64,000 bases of DNA from Squalus acanthias (taxonomy: Eukaryota): contig JASTWF010000497.1 in the NCBI GenBank assembly GCA_030390025.1, forward strand, positions 248,001 through 312,000, written 5' to 3'. The notes below the pieces were generated by a model. The model was given only the letters and a program-made list of their open reading frames with translations, was not told the origin of the DNA and ran no database searches. Both the position numbers and the translations under genes were made by a program. Position 1 is the stretch's first letter. Every line of letters starts with the position of its first letter. This document shows, one piece after another, positions 24,404 through 37,076 of this stretch.

Positions 24404-26990
24404 GGGGGTAAAATTGGATTGGGCCTGAACTCAGGCGCGGTGATCTGCCCACGCCCGTTCAAAGTGGTGCAGGCAGCATGCAAAATTGGTGCTGCCTGCT
24501 CATTATAATGATTGAAGCACTGCTGGTTGGCTCAGTGCTCAAGATGAGGGCCAATATCAGGTGCAGTCTACTGGCCAATAAAAATTTTGCCTGGACTCTC
24601 TGCACTTCTTAAAGGGGAGGTGCTTTGTTGCAGAAGCACCTCATGGTCACTATGGATGCAGCCATGTCGCAGCAGGGAAGAGAAAAGAGCAAGGCGCTTC
24701 TCAGATGCAGCACTGGAGGCCTTGGTCCTGGGGTTAAACAGAAGAAGATAGGTCCTCCACCCACAGGGGGCGCAGGAGGCCTTCCAGACAGAACACCAGA
24801 AGGCAGTGGGAGGAGATAGCCAAAGCCGTCAGTGCCACGTGTGTTGCCCCCAGGACCTAGATCCAGTGCCGCAAGAAGTTTAATGACCTCACACGTGTGG
24901 TCAAGGTCAGTGAATGCATCTTCAAATGCCATAATTCCACCAACTGCACCACCAGCCTCACACACTGCTCAATGCACCGCACCCCCATCACTCACCTACC
25001 AACAATCTCTAGCAATCACAACTCATACCTCACAATCATAGCTTCACTTCACCCTCACACACTTACCACGGCTGCAAGTCTCACACCTTGCACACAATGT
25101 CAGCTATTCAACTATGATAGGCACATTGCCCAAACACATTGCACCACACTTACTGACACACTTCCCTTTCTCTTGCAGGCCAAGGTTGCTCACAATCGCC
25201 GTGAGTAGCAGCAGACGGGCAGGGGTGAAGCCCATCTGCAGATCCTTATTGCGCTGGAGGAGACTGTGCTGGAGATCATTGGAAGGACCGTCACTGAGGC
25301 CGTGGCGAGCGGCGAGGTTGAAAGCATTGCTGATGACGGTATGCTCATACCTAATCCTTCTTCTCACATCCCACTTCCCCCTCATGGCCCAATCTCTTCT
25401 CACTTATAAGCTGCTGATGGTGTAAGCATGCACATCTTGCTTTCCACCCCACACCTCACCACAACCCGTGCCTTTCTCCTTTCAGATACACAAGTACTGC
25501 CAGCGGCCCAGTCTATCCCCAACCAAGTAGAGGAGGAAAGTGATGGAGAAGAAGAGGCACCGACACTCGATCTGACACTCCCAGAAAACCAGCTCAGAAA
25601 ATGGCACTGCCATTAGAGGGTATTATAGAGGCAGGATCTGTACGTGGTGAGTCACCGGGCATGAGTGGGTTGCAGCCAGGCCAGGGGGAAAGGGTAGGTC
25701 GGGTGTCAGCTCCCCAGAGGGTGAGTTCGCACACGAGTTCTGCTGCACAGGATTCAGATGAGGACCTCTATGGGGAGGCCTTCTGAAGAAGGGTGATGGG
25801 CATGCACACGGAAATGCTTCGTGCAATGGCAGGCCTGCCAGAGAGCCTCTTGTCAGTGTCAAGGAGCATGGAGGAGTCCGGCTCCAACATTGCATGGGGC
25901 TTTGTGCGGAGCTTGGATCCCATAATTTCCTGGATGGAAGTGATGGGCAACTCCATTAGGACACGTGTGGACCCAACCGTGATGCTGGGTGTGATGGGTG
26001 ATGTCGCAGTTTCCATTGAAGCACAAGTGGAAGCGACCCAACGTCTCAGTGCTGTACTGGAAGCTCAGACTGTTTTCATGCAGGCTCAGCTTGCTGCCTT
26101 GCAAGCTCAGCCTGATGCCACCGTGGCTGGGTTTACGAGTGTGGAAAGAGGCTTGCAGGGTCTCGCAGCAGTCCAGCAACCTGTGCTCCAACAGATAGCT
26201 AGGAATGCTGAGGCGCCGCCCCAGGGGAATGGCAGTGTCTCCGTGGAGCAAGAACCTGCTGTCCTTTCTCAGGATGACAGCGTTCTTACTCCCACCCCTA
26301 CCACTCCACCAGTGCCTTGCTGCTGCCTTTTCACTAGCCAGCCCAGACTGCTGCCACCTATGCTAATGTAGTACAGTCTACAGCCGGGCCTTCTAGGCCC
26401 AGAGCTGCTCGGGATCGTCCTACAAGGCCATCTGCAGTGACCCCCCACGGAAAGTCAGCAGCCTTCCACCAGCCACTGGGGTAGCACTGCGTCGGAGCAC
26501 TAGAATAGGCAAAGGAACACAAAAGACAGACACTAATGGAATGTACAAGGGTGATTAGTTGACTTTGTTCTGTAGTATTGGATTGAATCATTTATAAATG
26601 ATGTTTGGAATGTTTATTTTGTGGTGGCTCTTATTTCAGCTTTGAGCACAAGAGGATGCTGTGGTGTTCCGTGACAGAGGGATGGTAAGGTGTTGAGCAA
26701 TGGGGACTTGGGGTTTCAGCCATTCAGCTGTGCGTGCTTTGGAGAGGGCATGCAGTCGAGCGGCAACTTCCAAATTAGTAGGTCATGCATCAAAACAGCA
26801 TTGCACGCTCATTGACGTCACGATCTGCCTCATTAGCATTCTTCTAGCGAATGTAGGTAACGGCCGTGCTGCTGACCTGCCCAAAATGGAGGCCACTGGG
26901 GCCGGTGCCGGAAGTGGGCGGAAGCGAGGCGGCCGCCATTTCTTTGTTGAAACCAGCCTTAACAGCCAGTGCTAAGGTGCCAAATTTCGT
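24404..26990 (+). mobile_element. PIF/Harbinger transposon remnant carrying the Myb/SANT gene, transposase absent
   Basis: Left end GGGGGTAAAATTGG resembles the other MITE termini. Internal Myb-like gene. Right end degenerate (ccaaatttc about 26980-26988). Confidence 0.75.
24652..26558 (+). pseudogene. Harbinger Myb/SANT-like DNA-binding protein pseudogene (exons about 24652-24905, 25179-25338, 25486-26558)
   Basis: RARRFSDAALEALV...WEEIAKAVSATCVAPRT*IQCRKKFNDLTRVVK|AKVAHNRRE*QQTGRGEAHLQILIALEETVLEIIG fits the Myb_DNA-bind_5/NAIF1-type pattern. GT-AG introns with matching phases. Contains stops and frameshifts. Confidence 0.85.
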
Positions 26991-27044
26991 AATAGTGGCA
27001 GTCTTTTGTGTTTCTTCTCGGGGTTTGGACAGCACTCGCAAGAC

Positions 27045-28430
27045 TACATTTATTGCCCATCCCTAGCTGCCCTGAGAAGGTGTTGATGGGTCGTCTTCTT
27101 GAAACTTCTTGTGATAGTGCTCCCAAGATGTTATGTAGGGAATTCCAGGACTTTGATCCAATGATGATAAAGGAACAACGTTATGGGGGGAATTTTTACC
27201 TAAAAAACGGGTGGGTTGGGATCGTGTGGGAAGTTAAAGTGTTAAAAATCTGAATCCTGACCTGAACCCGCCTCCAACCCGCCCACTTCCGGTTTTAACA
27301 AAGGCGGGATGGGGGGCAGGCGGTGAATCAGCTCCCAGGAGGTGGGTTGGCCATTTCAATATTATACTGAGGCTGGAAGCCTTGGATTTGACCTCCATTT
27401 TGAATTAACTTTAGCTGGTCCAGTTTTGCAGGCCTCGTGAAAGCCGCCAGCTAATGGCAGGCGAGGACTGATGGATCCAAGAGGTAAGTGCCTTTACAAT
27501 TACCTCCTGAATCCAGCATTCCTGCCTAACTCACCCCTGCGATCAGAGAGCCCCTCACGAGGACTCTGATATCTCCCCCAACCCACACCAGGCCTCCTGA
27601 TCCCCCCCATATGAGGCCTCCCCCTCCATGCTTCTCCGGCTCTTTGATGTTGTCTGCGTCCTCCCCTTGCTCCTCCTCCTCCTCCTCCCCCCCCCCCCAC
27701 CCCGCCTCCTCCGGCCCACGATCTGCTCCTCCGGCCCCCCATGCTTTGCCAACCACTCCCCACCTCCCGCTCCTCCGGGCCTTGATCTTTGCTGACCCCC
27801 CCCCCCCTGCTCTTCCGCACCCCACCCCGTCCCCCCGCCCCCTGATCTTTGCCGACAACTCCCCCTGTTCCTCCGGCCATTGATTGTTCACGACCACCCA
27901 CCGCCGCCCCACCTTGCTACTCCTGGCCCACGATCATTCCCGAACCCCCTTCTCATGTGCTTGTGCTCCTCTAGCCACCCCCCACCGACCCCCACGCAAT
28001 CCCTCCCTCCCTCCCTCCTCTCTGTGGCCTGGTGCCGCAGGCCTACCCGCCCGCAGCCAGCCAGCCTCTCAATCTGGCTGGCTGCGGGTAGGAAACAGAG
28101 GTTTCCCAGGCAAATGAGGACCACTTCAGAGCCACCCCCCCCCCCCCGCTCCCAACTCGCCTCCCTATTAAAATTCAGGCCTATATGTCCAAGTCAGGAT
28201 GGTGTATGACTTGGAGCGAAACTTGGAGGTGATGGTGTTCCCATGACATTGCTCCTCTTGTCCTTGTCAGTGGTAGAGGTGGTGGGGCTGAGAGATGCTT
28301 TCAAAGTAAGCTGGATGAGTTGGTGCAGTACATCCTGTAGATGGTACATTCTACAGTCACAATGCACTAGTGGCGGAGGGAGTGGATTGTGAGTCCAGTG
28401 GCAGGGACACCGTTCAAGCAAACTGCTCTG
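27045..28430 (-). mobile_element. 3' fragment of the second CR1-group LINE family, split by a MITE
   Basis: Similar to 15495-15895 on both sides of 27185-28181 (aaggaacaacg|...|tatatgtccaagtcaggatggtg). Confidence 0.75.
27185..28181. mobile_element. PIF/Harbinger-like MITE with C-rich low-complexity interior
   Basis: TAT|GGGGGGAATTTTTA ... TTAAAATTCAGGCC|TAT. 3-bp TAT TSD, interrupting a LINE. Confidence 0.8.
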
Positions 28431-28450
28431 TCTCTCAATGCATTTTAAGA

Positions 28451-30840
28451 ACATAAGAAATAAAAGCAGGAGTAGTCCATACGGCCCCTCGAGCCTACTC
28501 CGTCATTCAATAAAATCATGGCTGATCATCGGCCTCAACTCCACTTTCCTGCCCGATCTCCATACCCCTTGATTCCCCTAGAGTCCAAAAATCTATCTAT
28601 CTCAGCTTTGAATATACTCAAAGACTCAGCATTCACAGCCCTCTGGGGCAGAGAATTCCAAAGATTTACAACCATCTGAGTGAAGAAATTCCTCCTCATC
28701 TCGGTCTTAAATGGCCTACCCCTTATCCTGAGACTATGCCCCCTAGATCTAGACACTCCAGCCAGGGGAAACAACCTCTCAGCATCTACCCTGTCAATCC
28801 CCTTCAGAATCTTGTATGTTTCAATGAGATCACCTCTCATTCTTCTAAACTCCAGAGAGTATAGGCCCATTCTACACAATCTCTCATCATAGGACAGCAC
28901 TCTCATCCCAGGAATCAATCTAGTGAACCTTTGTTGCACCGCCGCTAAGGCAAGTATATCCTTCCTTAGCTAAGGAGACCAAAACTGTGCACAGTACTCC
29001 AGGTGTGGTCTCACCAAGGCCCTGTACAATTGTAGTAAGACTTCCTTACTCTTATACTCCAAACCCCTTGCAATAAAGGCCAACATGCCATTTGCCTTCC
29101 TTATTGCTTGCTGCACCTGCTAGCTTTCTGTGTTTCTTGCACGAGGACACCCAAATCTCTCTGAACACCAACATTTACTAAAAGTCGTCAGCTGTGGCTC
29201 AGTGGCTAGCACACTCACCTCTGAGTCAGAAGGTTGTGGGCTCAAGTCCCACTCCAGGGACCTGAGCACATAAAGCTAGGCTGACACTCCAGTGCAGTGC
29301 GGAGGGAGTGCTGCACTGTCGGAGGTGCCGTCTTTCAGGATGAGACGTTAAACTGAGGCCCCGTCTGCATTCTCAGGTTGACGTAAAAGATCCCAAGGCA
29401 CTATTTCGAAGAAGAGCAGGGGAGTTATCCCCGGTGTCCTGGCCAATATATATTCCTCAATCCACATAACAAAAAGAGATTATTTGGTCATTAGCAAATT
29501 GCTGTTTGTGGGAGCTTGCTGTGTGCAAATTGGCTGCTGCGTTTCCCACATTACAACAGTGACTCCACTTCAAAAGTACTTAATTGGCTGTAAAGTGCTT
29601 TGAGACGTCTGGTGGTCATGAAAGGCACTATATAAATGCAAGTCTTTCTTTATCTTACTGTCCCACCTAGCTTTGTACCATCAGCAAACTTGGATACATG
29701 ACACTCGGTCCCTTCATCTAGGTCATTAATATAGATTGTAAATATCTGAGGCCCCAACACTGATCCTTGAGGCACCCCACTAGTTACAGTCTGCCAACCT
29801 GAAAAAGATCCGTTTATCCCTACTCTCTGTTTTCTGTCCGTTAACCAATCCTCTATCCATGCTATTATATTACCCCCAACCCCATGAGCCCTAATCTTGT
29901 GTAATAACCTTTTATGTGGCACCTTATCAAATGCCTTTTGGAAATCCAAATATACTACATCCACTGGTTCCCCTTTATCTACCCTGCTAGTTACATCCTC
30001 AAAAAACGCTAATAAATTTGTCAAACACTATTTCCCTTTCATAAAACCATGTTGACTCTGCCTAATCAAGTTATGATTTTCTAAGTGCCCTGATACCACT
30101 TCCTTATCAATGGATTCAAGCATTTTCCCAACAACTGATGTCAGGCTAACTGGCCTGTAGTTCCCTGTTTTTTCTCTCCCTCCTTTCTTGAATAGTGGTG
30201 TTACATTTGTGACCTTCCAATCCGTTGGGACCATTCTAGAATTTAGGGAATTTTTGAAGATCAAAACCAATGCATCCACTATTTCTTCAGCCACCTCTTT
30301 TAGAACCTTAGGATGTAGGCCGTCAGGTCCAGGGGCTTTGTCGGCTTTTAGTCCCATTAGTTTCTCTAGTATTTTTGCTCTACTTATATTACTTACGTTA
30401 GGTTCCTCACCTTCATTAGACCATTGGTTCCCCACCATTTTTGGTTTGCTTTTTGTGTCTTCTACTGTGAAGACAGATACAAAATATTTGTTTAACATTT
30501 CTGCCATTTCCTTATTCCCCATAATAATTTCTCCTGTCTCAGCCTCTAAGGGACCAACATTTACTTTTGCTACTCTCTTCCTTTTTACATACTTGTAGAA
30601 GCTCTTACAATCTGCTTTTATATTTCTTGCTAGTTTTCTCTCGTATTCTATTTTTTCCCTTTTTATCAATTTTTTGGTCAACTTTGCTGGTTTCTGAAAC
30701 TCTCCTAATCCTCAGGCTTACTGTTATTCTTTTCAACATTATAAGCTTCTTCTTTCAATCTAATGCTATCTTTAACTTCTTTAGTTAGCCACGGTTGGAT
30801 CACTTTTCCCGTGGAGTTTTTGTTTCTCAATGGAATGTAT
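28451..30840 (-). mobile_element. CR1 LINE ORF2 (RT) and 3' UTR, interrupted by a SINE
   Basis: ORFs 30028-30681, 29650-30024 and 28535-28939 give [37 protein letters not shown] and SKFADGTKL. Confidence 0.95.
29185..29648 (+). mobile_element. Full-length Deu-type tRNA SINE
   Basis: tggctcagtggc A box, gggctcaagtccc B box, Deu core and tail aaaggcactatataaatgcaagtctttct. Confidence 0.9.
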
Positions 30841-31793
30841 TTTCGTTTAGTTTTGTTGCATTTATTGCTCATTACAGTCTAAAATCAGAAGGTATTCCTA
30901 CTTGGATGTTTTAAAGTTTTTAGCTGAAAAGTAATCTCTCTGTTGATTTATTTTCATGGTTCAAACTACTTGGTGTACGAATCGGGTGTCAAGCCCTAAA
31001 CTGACTCCAAAGAGTGAGACGAGCTTCTCTAGGAAATCTCACTCCATTTCATTCTGGTGTCAGGCCAAACCTGACTATAGTTTCACTATAACTGCAGTAT
31101 TGGTGCAAAGCGAAACCATTCCACACAAAGCTGAAGGTATTCAAAGTTACATCTGCAACCAATGGCTGATGGTACCATAGTGTATTGGTTATGGTACTGC
31201 ACTAACAATCCAGAGACCTTGGCTGGAATCTTACCGGCACTGTGAGTGCGAGTTTGGAGGCGGGTCTGCTGTCAAAATGGCAGTGATTGACAGCGGGGCG
31301 GAAGTCCACTCTGAACCCGCCTCCTTGTTAATTTCCCAAGTGCCGGCTCTGCCTGCGGTTTGCAGACCCGGCACTAAGCGGCGGGTCAGACACTTGAGAT
31401 ACATAAGCTGCTTAAAGGTATTTAAGCAGCATTTTACCAGGTCCTGACGATTTTTCCATGTTTTTTACGAGGTTCCTGGTGCTCGGGGATCACGTCAGGT
31501 AGGTATGTCAGGTTCTCAATGACTCCATTGCTGTGAATAGTTGACAGCTGCAAAAGTGGAATAAAAGCTACCATTTCACAGCTGTTCAATTTCCAATCTT
31601 AGAAGCTGCAGCCTTCAGGATTTGGAATACACTTTTCAGCTTTATGGAGGTTTGAAGTGTTTGGAGCAAACTCTCTATCCAGTGTCACCTCCTTGGAGCA
31701 ACCTCTCTCACCATTGACAGATCGCTTCTGCCATCTCAACTTCAGCTGCCATCTATTCCATCATCATCATCATCATCAATACCCTTGAAAAAA

Positions 31794-34094
31794 TGGTAGC
31801 ATAGTGGTAATGTCACTGGGCTTGTAATCCAGAGACTTGGTCCAATGACCTGAGTTCAAATCCCACCATGGCAGCTGGGAAATTTAAATTCAGTTAATTA
31901 AATAAATGATAACCATAACTATCGCTAACGTTCTTTAGGGAAGGAAATCTGCTGTCCTTATCTGATCTGGCCTATATGTGACTCTTAACTGCCCTCTGAA
32001 ATGGCCTAGCAAGCCACTCAGTTGTAACAAACCGCTACGAAACACAATAATCAGAAGGACCGGCTACGGACATGGCAACGGCACACCCAGCCCAGTCAGC
32101 CCTGCATAAATCCTCCTCACCAACTTGTGCCAAAATTGGGAGAGCTGTCCCACAGATTAGTCAGCCTGACATAGTCATACTCACAGAAACATACCTTTCA
32201 GCCAATGTCCCAAACTCCTCCATCATCATCCCTGGGTATGTCCTGTCCCACCGGCAGGACAGACCCCACCAGGGGTGGTGGCACAGTGGTATACAGTCAG
32301 GAAGGAGTGGCCCTGGGAGTCCTCAACATTGACTCCGGACTCCATGAAGTCTCAGGTCAAGCATGGGCAAGGAAACCACCTACTGCCCTCCCTCAGTTGA
32401 TGAATCAGTACTCCTCCATGTTGAACACCACTTGGAAGTAGCAAGGGCACAGAATGTACTCTGGGTGGGGGACTTCAATGTCCATCACCAAGAGTGGCTC
32501 GGTAGCACCACTGCTGGCCGAGTCCTGAAGGACATAGCTGCCAGGTTGGGCCAGCGACAGGAGGTGAGAGAACCAACACGAGGGGAAAAACCTACTTGGC
32601 CTTGTCCTCACCAATCTACCTGATGCATCTGTCCATGACAGTATTGGTAGCAGTGACCACTGCACAGTCCTGTCTTCACACTAAAACACCCTCCATCGTG
32701 TTGTGTGGCACTACCACTGTGCTAAATGAGATAGATTCAGAACAGATCTAGCATCTCAAAACTGGGCATCCATGAGGCGCTGTGGGGCAGCAGCAGTATT
32801 GTATTCCACCACAATCTGTAATCTCATGGCCCGGTATACCCCTTACTCTACCATGACCAACCCTGGTTCAATAAGGAGTGTAGAAGAACATGCCACGAAC
32901 AGCACCAGGCGTACCTAAAAATGAGGTGACAACCTGGGGAAGCTGCAACACAGGAATACATGCATGCTAAAAAGGGGAAGCAGCATGCTACAGACAGGGC
33001 TAAGCAATCCCACAATTAACGGATCAGATCAAAGCTCTGCAGTCCTGCCACATCCAGTCGTGAATGGTGGTGGAGCATTAAACAACTAATTGGAGGAGGA
33101 GGCTCCTTGAATATCCCCATCCTCAATGATGGTGGAGCCCAGCACGTGAGTGGAAAAGACAAGGCTGAAGCGTTTGCAACCATCTTCAGCCAGAAGTACC
33201 GAGCTGATGATCCATATCGGCCTACTGCTGAGGTCTACACCATCACAGAAGCCAGTCTTCAGCCCATTCAATTCACTCCACGTGATATCAAGAAACGGCT
33301 GAGTGCACTGGATACAGCAAAGGCTATGGGCCCCAACAACATCCTGGCTATCGTGCTGAAGACTTGTGCTCCAGAACTAGCCGCGCCTCTAGCCAAGCTG
33401 TTCAAGTACGGCTACAACACTGGCATTTATCCGACAATGTGGAAACCTGCCCAGGTATGTCCTGTCCACAAAAAGCAGGACAAATCCTATCCGGCCAATT
33501 ATCGCCCCATCAGCCTACTCTCAATCATCAGCAAAGTGATGGAAGGTGTCATCGACAGTGCTATCAAGCGGCACTTACTCACCAATAACCTGCTCAGTTT
33601 GGGTTCCGCCAAGACCACTCGGCTCCAGACCTCATTACAGCCTTAGTCCAAACATGGACAAAGGAGCTGAATTCCAGAGGTGAGGTGAGAGGGACTGCCC
33701 TTAACATCAAGGCAGCATTTGACCGAGTCTGGCATCAAGGAGTCCTAGTAAAACTGAAGTCAATGGGAATCGGGGGGAAAACGCTCCACTGGCTGGAGTC
33801 ATACCTAGCACAAAGGAAGATGGTTGTGGTGGTTGAAGGTCAATCATCACAACCCCAGGACATCGCTGCAGGAATTCCTCAGGGCAGTGTCCTAGGCCCA
33901 ACCATCTTCAGCTGCTTCATCAATGACCTTCCCTCCAACATAAGGTCAGAAATGGGGATGTTTGCTGATGGCTGCACAGTGTTCAGCACCATTCACAACT
34001 CCTCAGATAATGAAGCACTCCATGCCCGCATGCAACAAGACCTGGATGACGTTCAGGCTTGGGCTGATAAGTGGCAGGTAACATTCGCGCCACA
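31794..34094 (+). mobile_element. CR1-group LINE (APE endonuclease + RT, decayed, 3'-truncated) beginning with a tRNA-derived SINE-like head
   Basis: Endonuclease: QPDIVILTETYL, RGGGTVVY, VGDFNVHH, GSSDHC. RT: [39 protein letters not shown]. 5' end has A box TGGTAGCATAGTGG and B box GAGTTCAAATCCC. Confidence 0.9.
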
Positions 34095-35777
34095 TTCCCT
34101 GATGTTGATTGAGAACTATCGCCCAGTGATGTGAATTAGTGGGCAAAAGTGCAGACTCTTTTCTTGCACGTGATTGCTGCCTAGCGAATCACATTTAGCA
34201 TTTCAGCCCAAGGCTATGATAATATCTTCCATACAGGTTTTACTATGAGATGGATTAATAATAGGTGAAGAAATGAGTCAGTCCAGACACCTATCTCACA
34301 TCAAAATTACATTCCCTCCTGGATCACTAGACCCTGTCAGGTGTCACCCTGCAGTAAGCGATGAAAACATCATCAAAATCTATAGAGGAATCGGCATCGC
34401 CGGCTTATTAATCCATATGAGATAGGGCAGGAACATACCTATATTGCAAAGGACAGTATGCCTTAAAGATTTAACCCCTTGCCCTCCCAGGAGACTTATT
34501 TCACCAAAAGGCCGTCAATTCAATGGAAGTTTTTATTTCACAAAATAAATCTGGTGACAGGAATACCAAAGATCATTCTGCTACATGCTACCTGGGAGCC
34601 AGACAAATGGCATGTTATAGTGAAAGTCAATGAGCATACCTTCTGAAGGAGTGAGGGGGAAAAGGCTGCTTACTGATCCGGGTGTCTGATCTTGCTGCAT
34701 GCTTCTCAGAAATGAGAAAATCTTGGTTCATTCATACCTGTCTAGCTTTTAACACTGGGAGGTCTGATTTTTGTGAAATGTCATGCGTGCAGGTTTAATG
34801 CATATCTATATACCTCCAATTTTCTAAAACAAAAAAATGCTCCAGCATTTTCCCCGTGTACTCTCCATTCTGAGGGAATCGAACTAGTGCGGGGAAGTGT
34901 TCAAAAACAGCAGGCAAATAGAAATATGAAATCAAAAGGAAAACCACGAATGAGCAAGTTGATTGGAGAAACAGGAGAAATAAGGGAAAAAAGCAGTGAA
35001 ATCAGAGCATGGGAACTGAAAGAGATGAATCATCTGAGAATTGGATTGAATAAAAATTGTAGAGAAATAGTATGCATTGCAGGAAGCAGAATTACAATAC
35101 ACAGTGAAAGTAATGCCCTGTGTACTCATTATGTAGAATCTATGATTGCAATCTTAATTTGTACCATTCATTGCACATTATACTACAGCTTCACAATGGT
35201 ACTTGGAAATATTTCCTTCTGTATGTATAGCATGTTCCCAAACTTCCTTCAGCCATCACAAGGCTCCAGTTGAACGATTCCAAATGGATGGAAATCTAGC
35301 AGTTACACTGTGCATGTAGAGATTAGTTTCTCAACTAATGTAAGTTAATGTAACTGAGAAATTCACACAGAGGCAGACAATCAGCCATTGTTCCTGCTCC
35401 CGATCACTATCTAGTTACCACTCCTGTTGCAACGTGTGCATATGTGACTGTAAAGTGAGCACAGGATTGGGCTCAGGCACTTTCTCGGGCCTCCCATGAA
35501 GAATGGTCACTAGGGTAAGGTACAAGGGGATGCCAGCACCTGTAGAACTGATATTCTCCCTCTCTAACCCAAGGGCACTTATCCAATTTTAGCACCTCTA
35601 CAGTTACCTGGCTGAAGTCAGCGAACACAGTGATCAAACCTCGAGTGAATTCATACACCAAGGCACTAGGAGAGTTAAGTCATATACAGTTTTGTATGTA
35701 AATGGTCTTCTGTTTTAAGGCTTCTTGTATGTTGTGGCCATGTGTTAGCGACACTTAAAATGGTGGCCATTTATTAG

Positions 35778-35875
35778 GTTGAGTGCTTGATGAAGGACAT
35801 ACAGCTGTGTCTTCAGAAATTGAAGGAGGAGGAAAAATCGATTACAAGCCACGTCCAGAAACTTCTGAAAGAGAT
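35778..35875 (+). CDS. Internal coding exon of an unidentified coiled-coil-like protein (phase 0-2)
   Basis: atttattag|GTT...GAG AT|GTATGT encodes VECLMKDIQLCLQKLKEEEKSITSHVQKLLKE. Heptad-like and in frame with the next exon. Confidence 0.65.
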
Positions 35876-37076
35876 GTATGTCCAGAAATATCAGAAGGAA
35901 TACTGAATAATTTTAGCACACTGCTGTTTGCAAGTACTTTTGATTCTTCTGTAATAACAGGGGGTATTCAGCAAGGCTGTGCTGCTGGTATACAGCGTTG
36001 CTTGGTGAGACTGCAAGTCAGAGAATCAAGGTTTTAGTATTACAGCCTGAACTCTAAGCCCCGCTCGCATCTAGCAAGGCTGCACGCTGGGCGTGCAACC
36101 TCCCCGAATTTATCTCTGTTTCCACTATATGCTGAGTTTGTGTATGTTACAAATTATGAACAAACTAAAATAAATGGCAAATGTGAATCCATACCCTGTA
36201 GAAGTGTTTCTTCTATAGGCATCCAGGATTAAATTTATCTAATGTCTTGAGCCTAATTGGCATTGTAGCTTTAAGGTTTTACAGAGCTTGATGTTTATGA
36301 AGATCTGCATTCACCTTTGTGGTAACTTTTCATTATCTTTTAAGTTCTCTTAAAACATTTAGGGGGAAAATTGGGTTGCTTTGCACCTCCGGTTAGCGCC
36401 CTAAGAGGACGCTAATGGGGCGCAAAGCAACTAGCGCCCGGGTGCGGCGCCGCCAACGCCTCCCGCAAAATTCAGCGGGAAGTTAGCGACCCGCAGCGCT
36501 ACGCCACCAGCGATGACGTCATCGCCGTGCACAGCGCCCCGCTCGTGTCCCGGCTGCAATCTTCGGGAGCGCCCCCTGACTTACCGCCGGACACTATGTC
36601 CGACGGGGTCAGGGGGGCCTACCTGCGGCCGGGGCGGCACTATTTAAAGGCGAGGTGCCGGGCGGCCATTTTTGTTGCTGGCCGCCTGCCAGCACCTGCC
36701 TCCGCTCCCATCCCCGGCCTCCTTACCCACGCCCCCCCCCCCCCCCCCGCACTGCAGAGTGCCGGCTGTGCTCCAGGAGTCCGGCACTTCTCTCGAGTGC
36801 CGGGCTCTTTTGCCGGCACTCCCAATCCCCGGGGGCCCAACTGGGCCCTGGGTCGCGCTGCACAAGGCCCCTCCCCTTTAAGAAGGGGAGGAAGGCCTGC
36901 AATACCGCGGCACGTAGCGCCGCGATATTCCCTCACAGCGCCCCAAGAGGGAGGCGGGGCGCTTCCAGTAGCACCCCGCTTCCCTCTTGGGGCGCAACTA
37001 CTCAATTTTGGTCGCGGGGGCGCTAATTTTTCCAGGGCACTTAAAGTAGCACCCCAACTAAGTTAGCGCCCCAAAG

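Noticed and set aside
27500-28209. Overlapping Gly/Pro-rich ORFs
   Set aside because: Artefacts of the C-rich low-complexity MITE interior.
34773-35273. 166-aa ORF
   Set aside because: Purine-rich low-information sequence with no motif and no convincing splice sites.
35783-36037. 84-aa ORF from the track
   Set aside because: It overlaps the candidate exon in a different frame. The spliced frame (VECLMKDIQ...) fits splice phases better.
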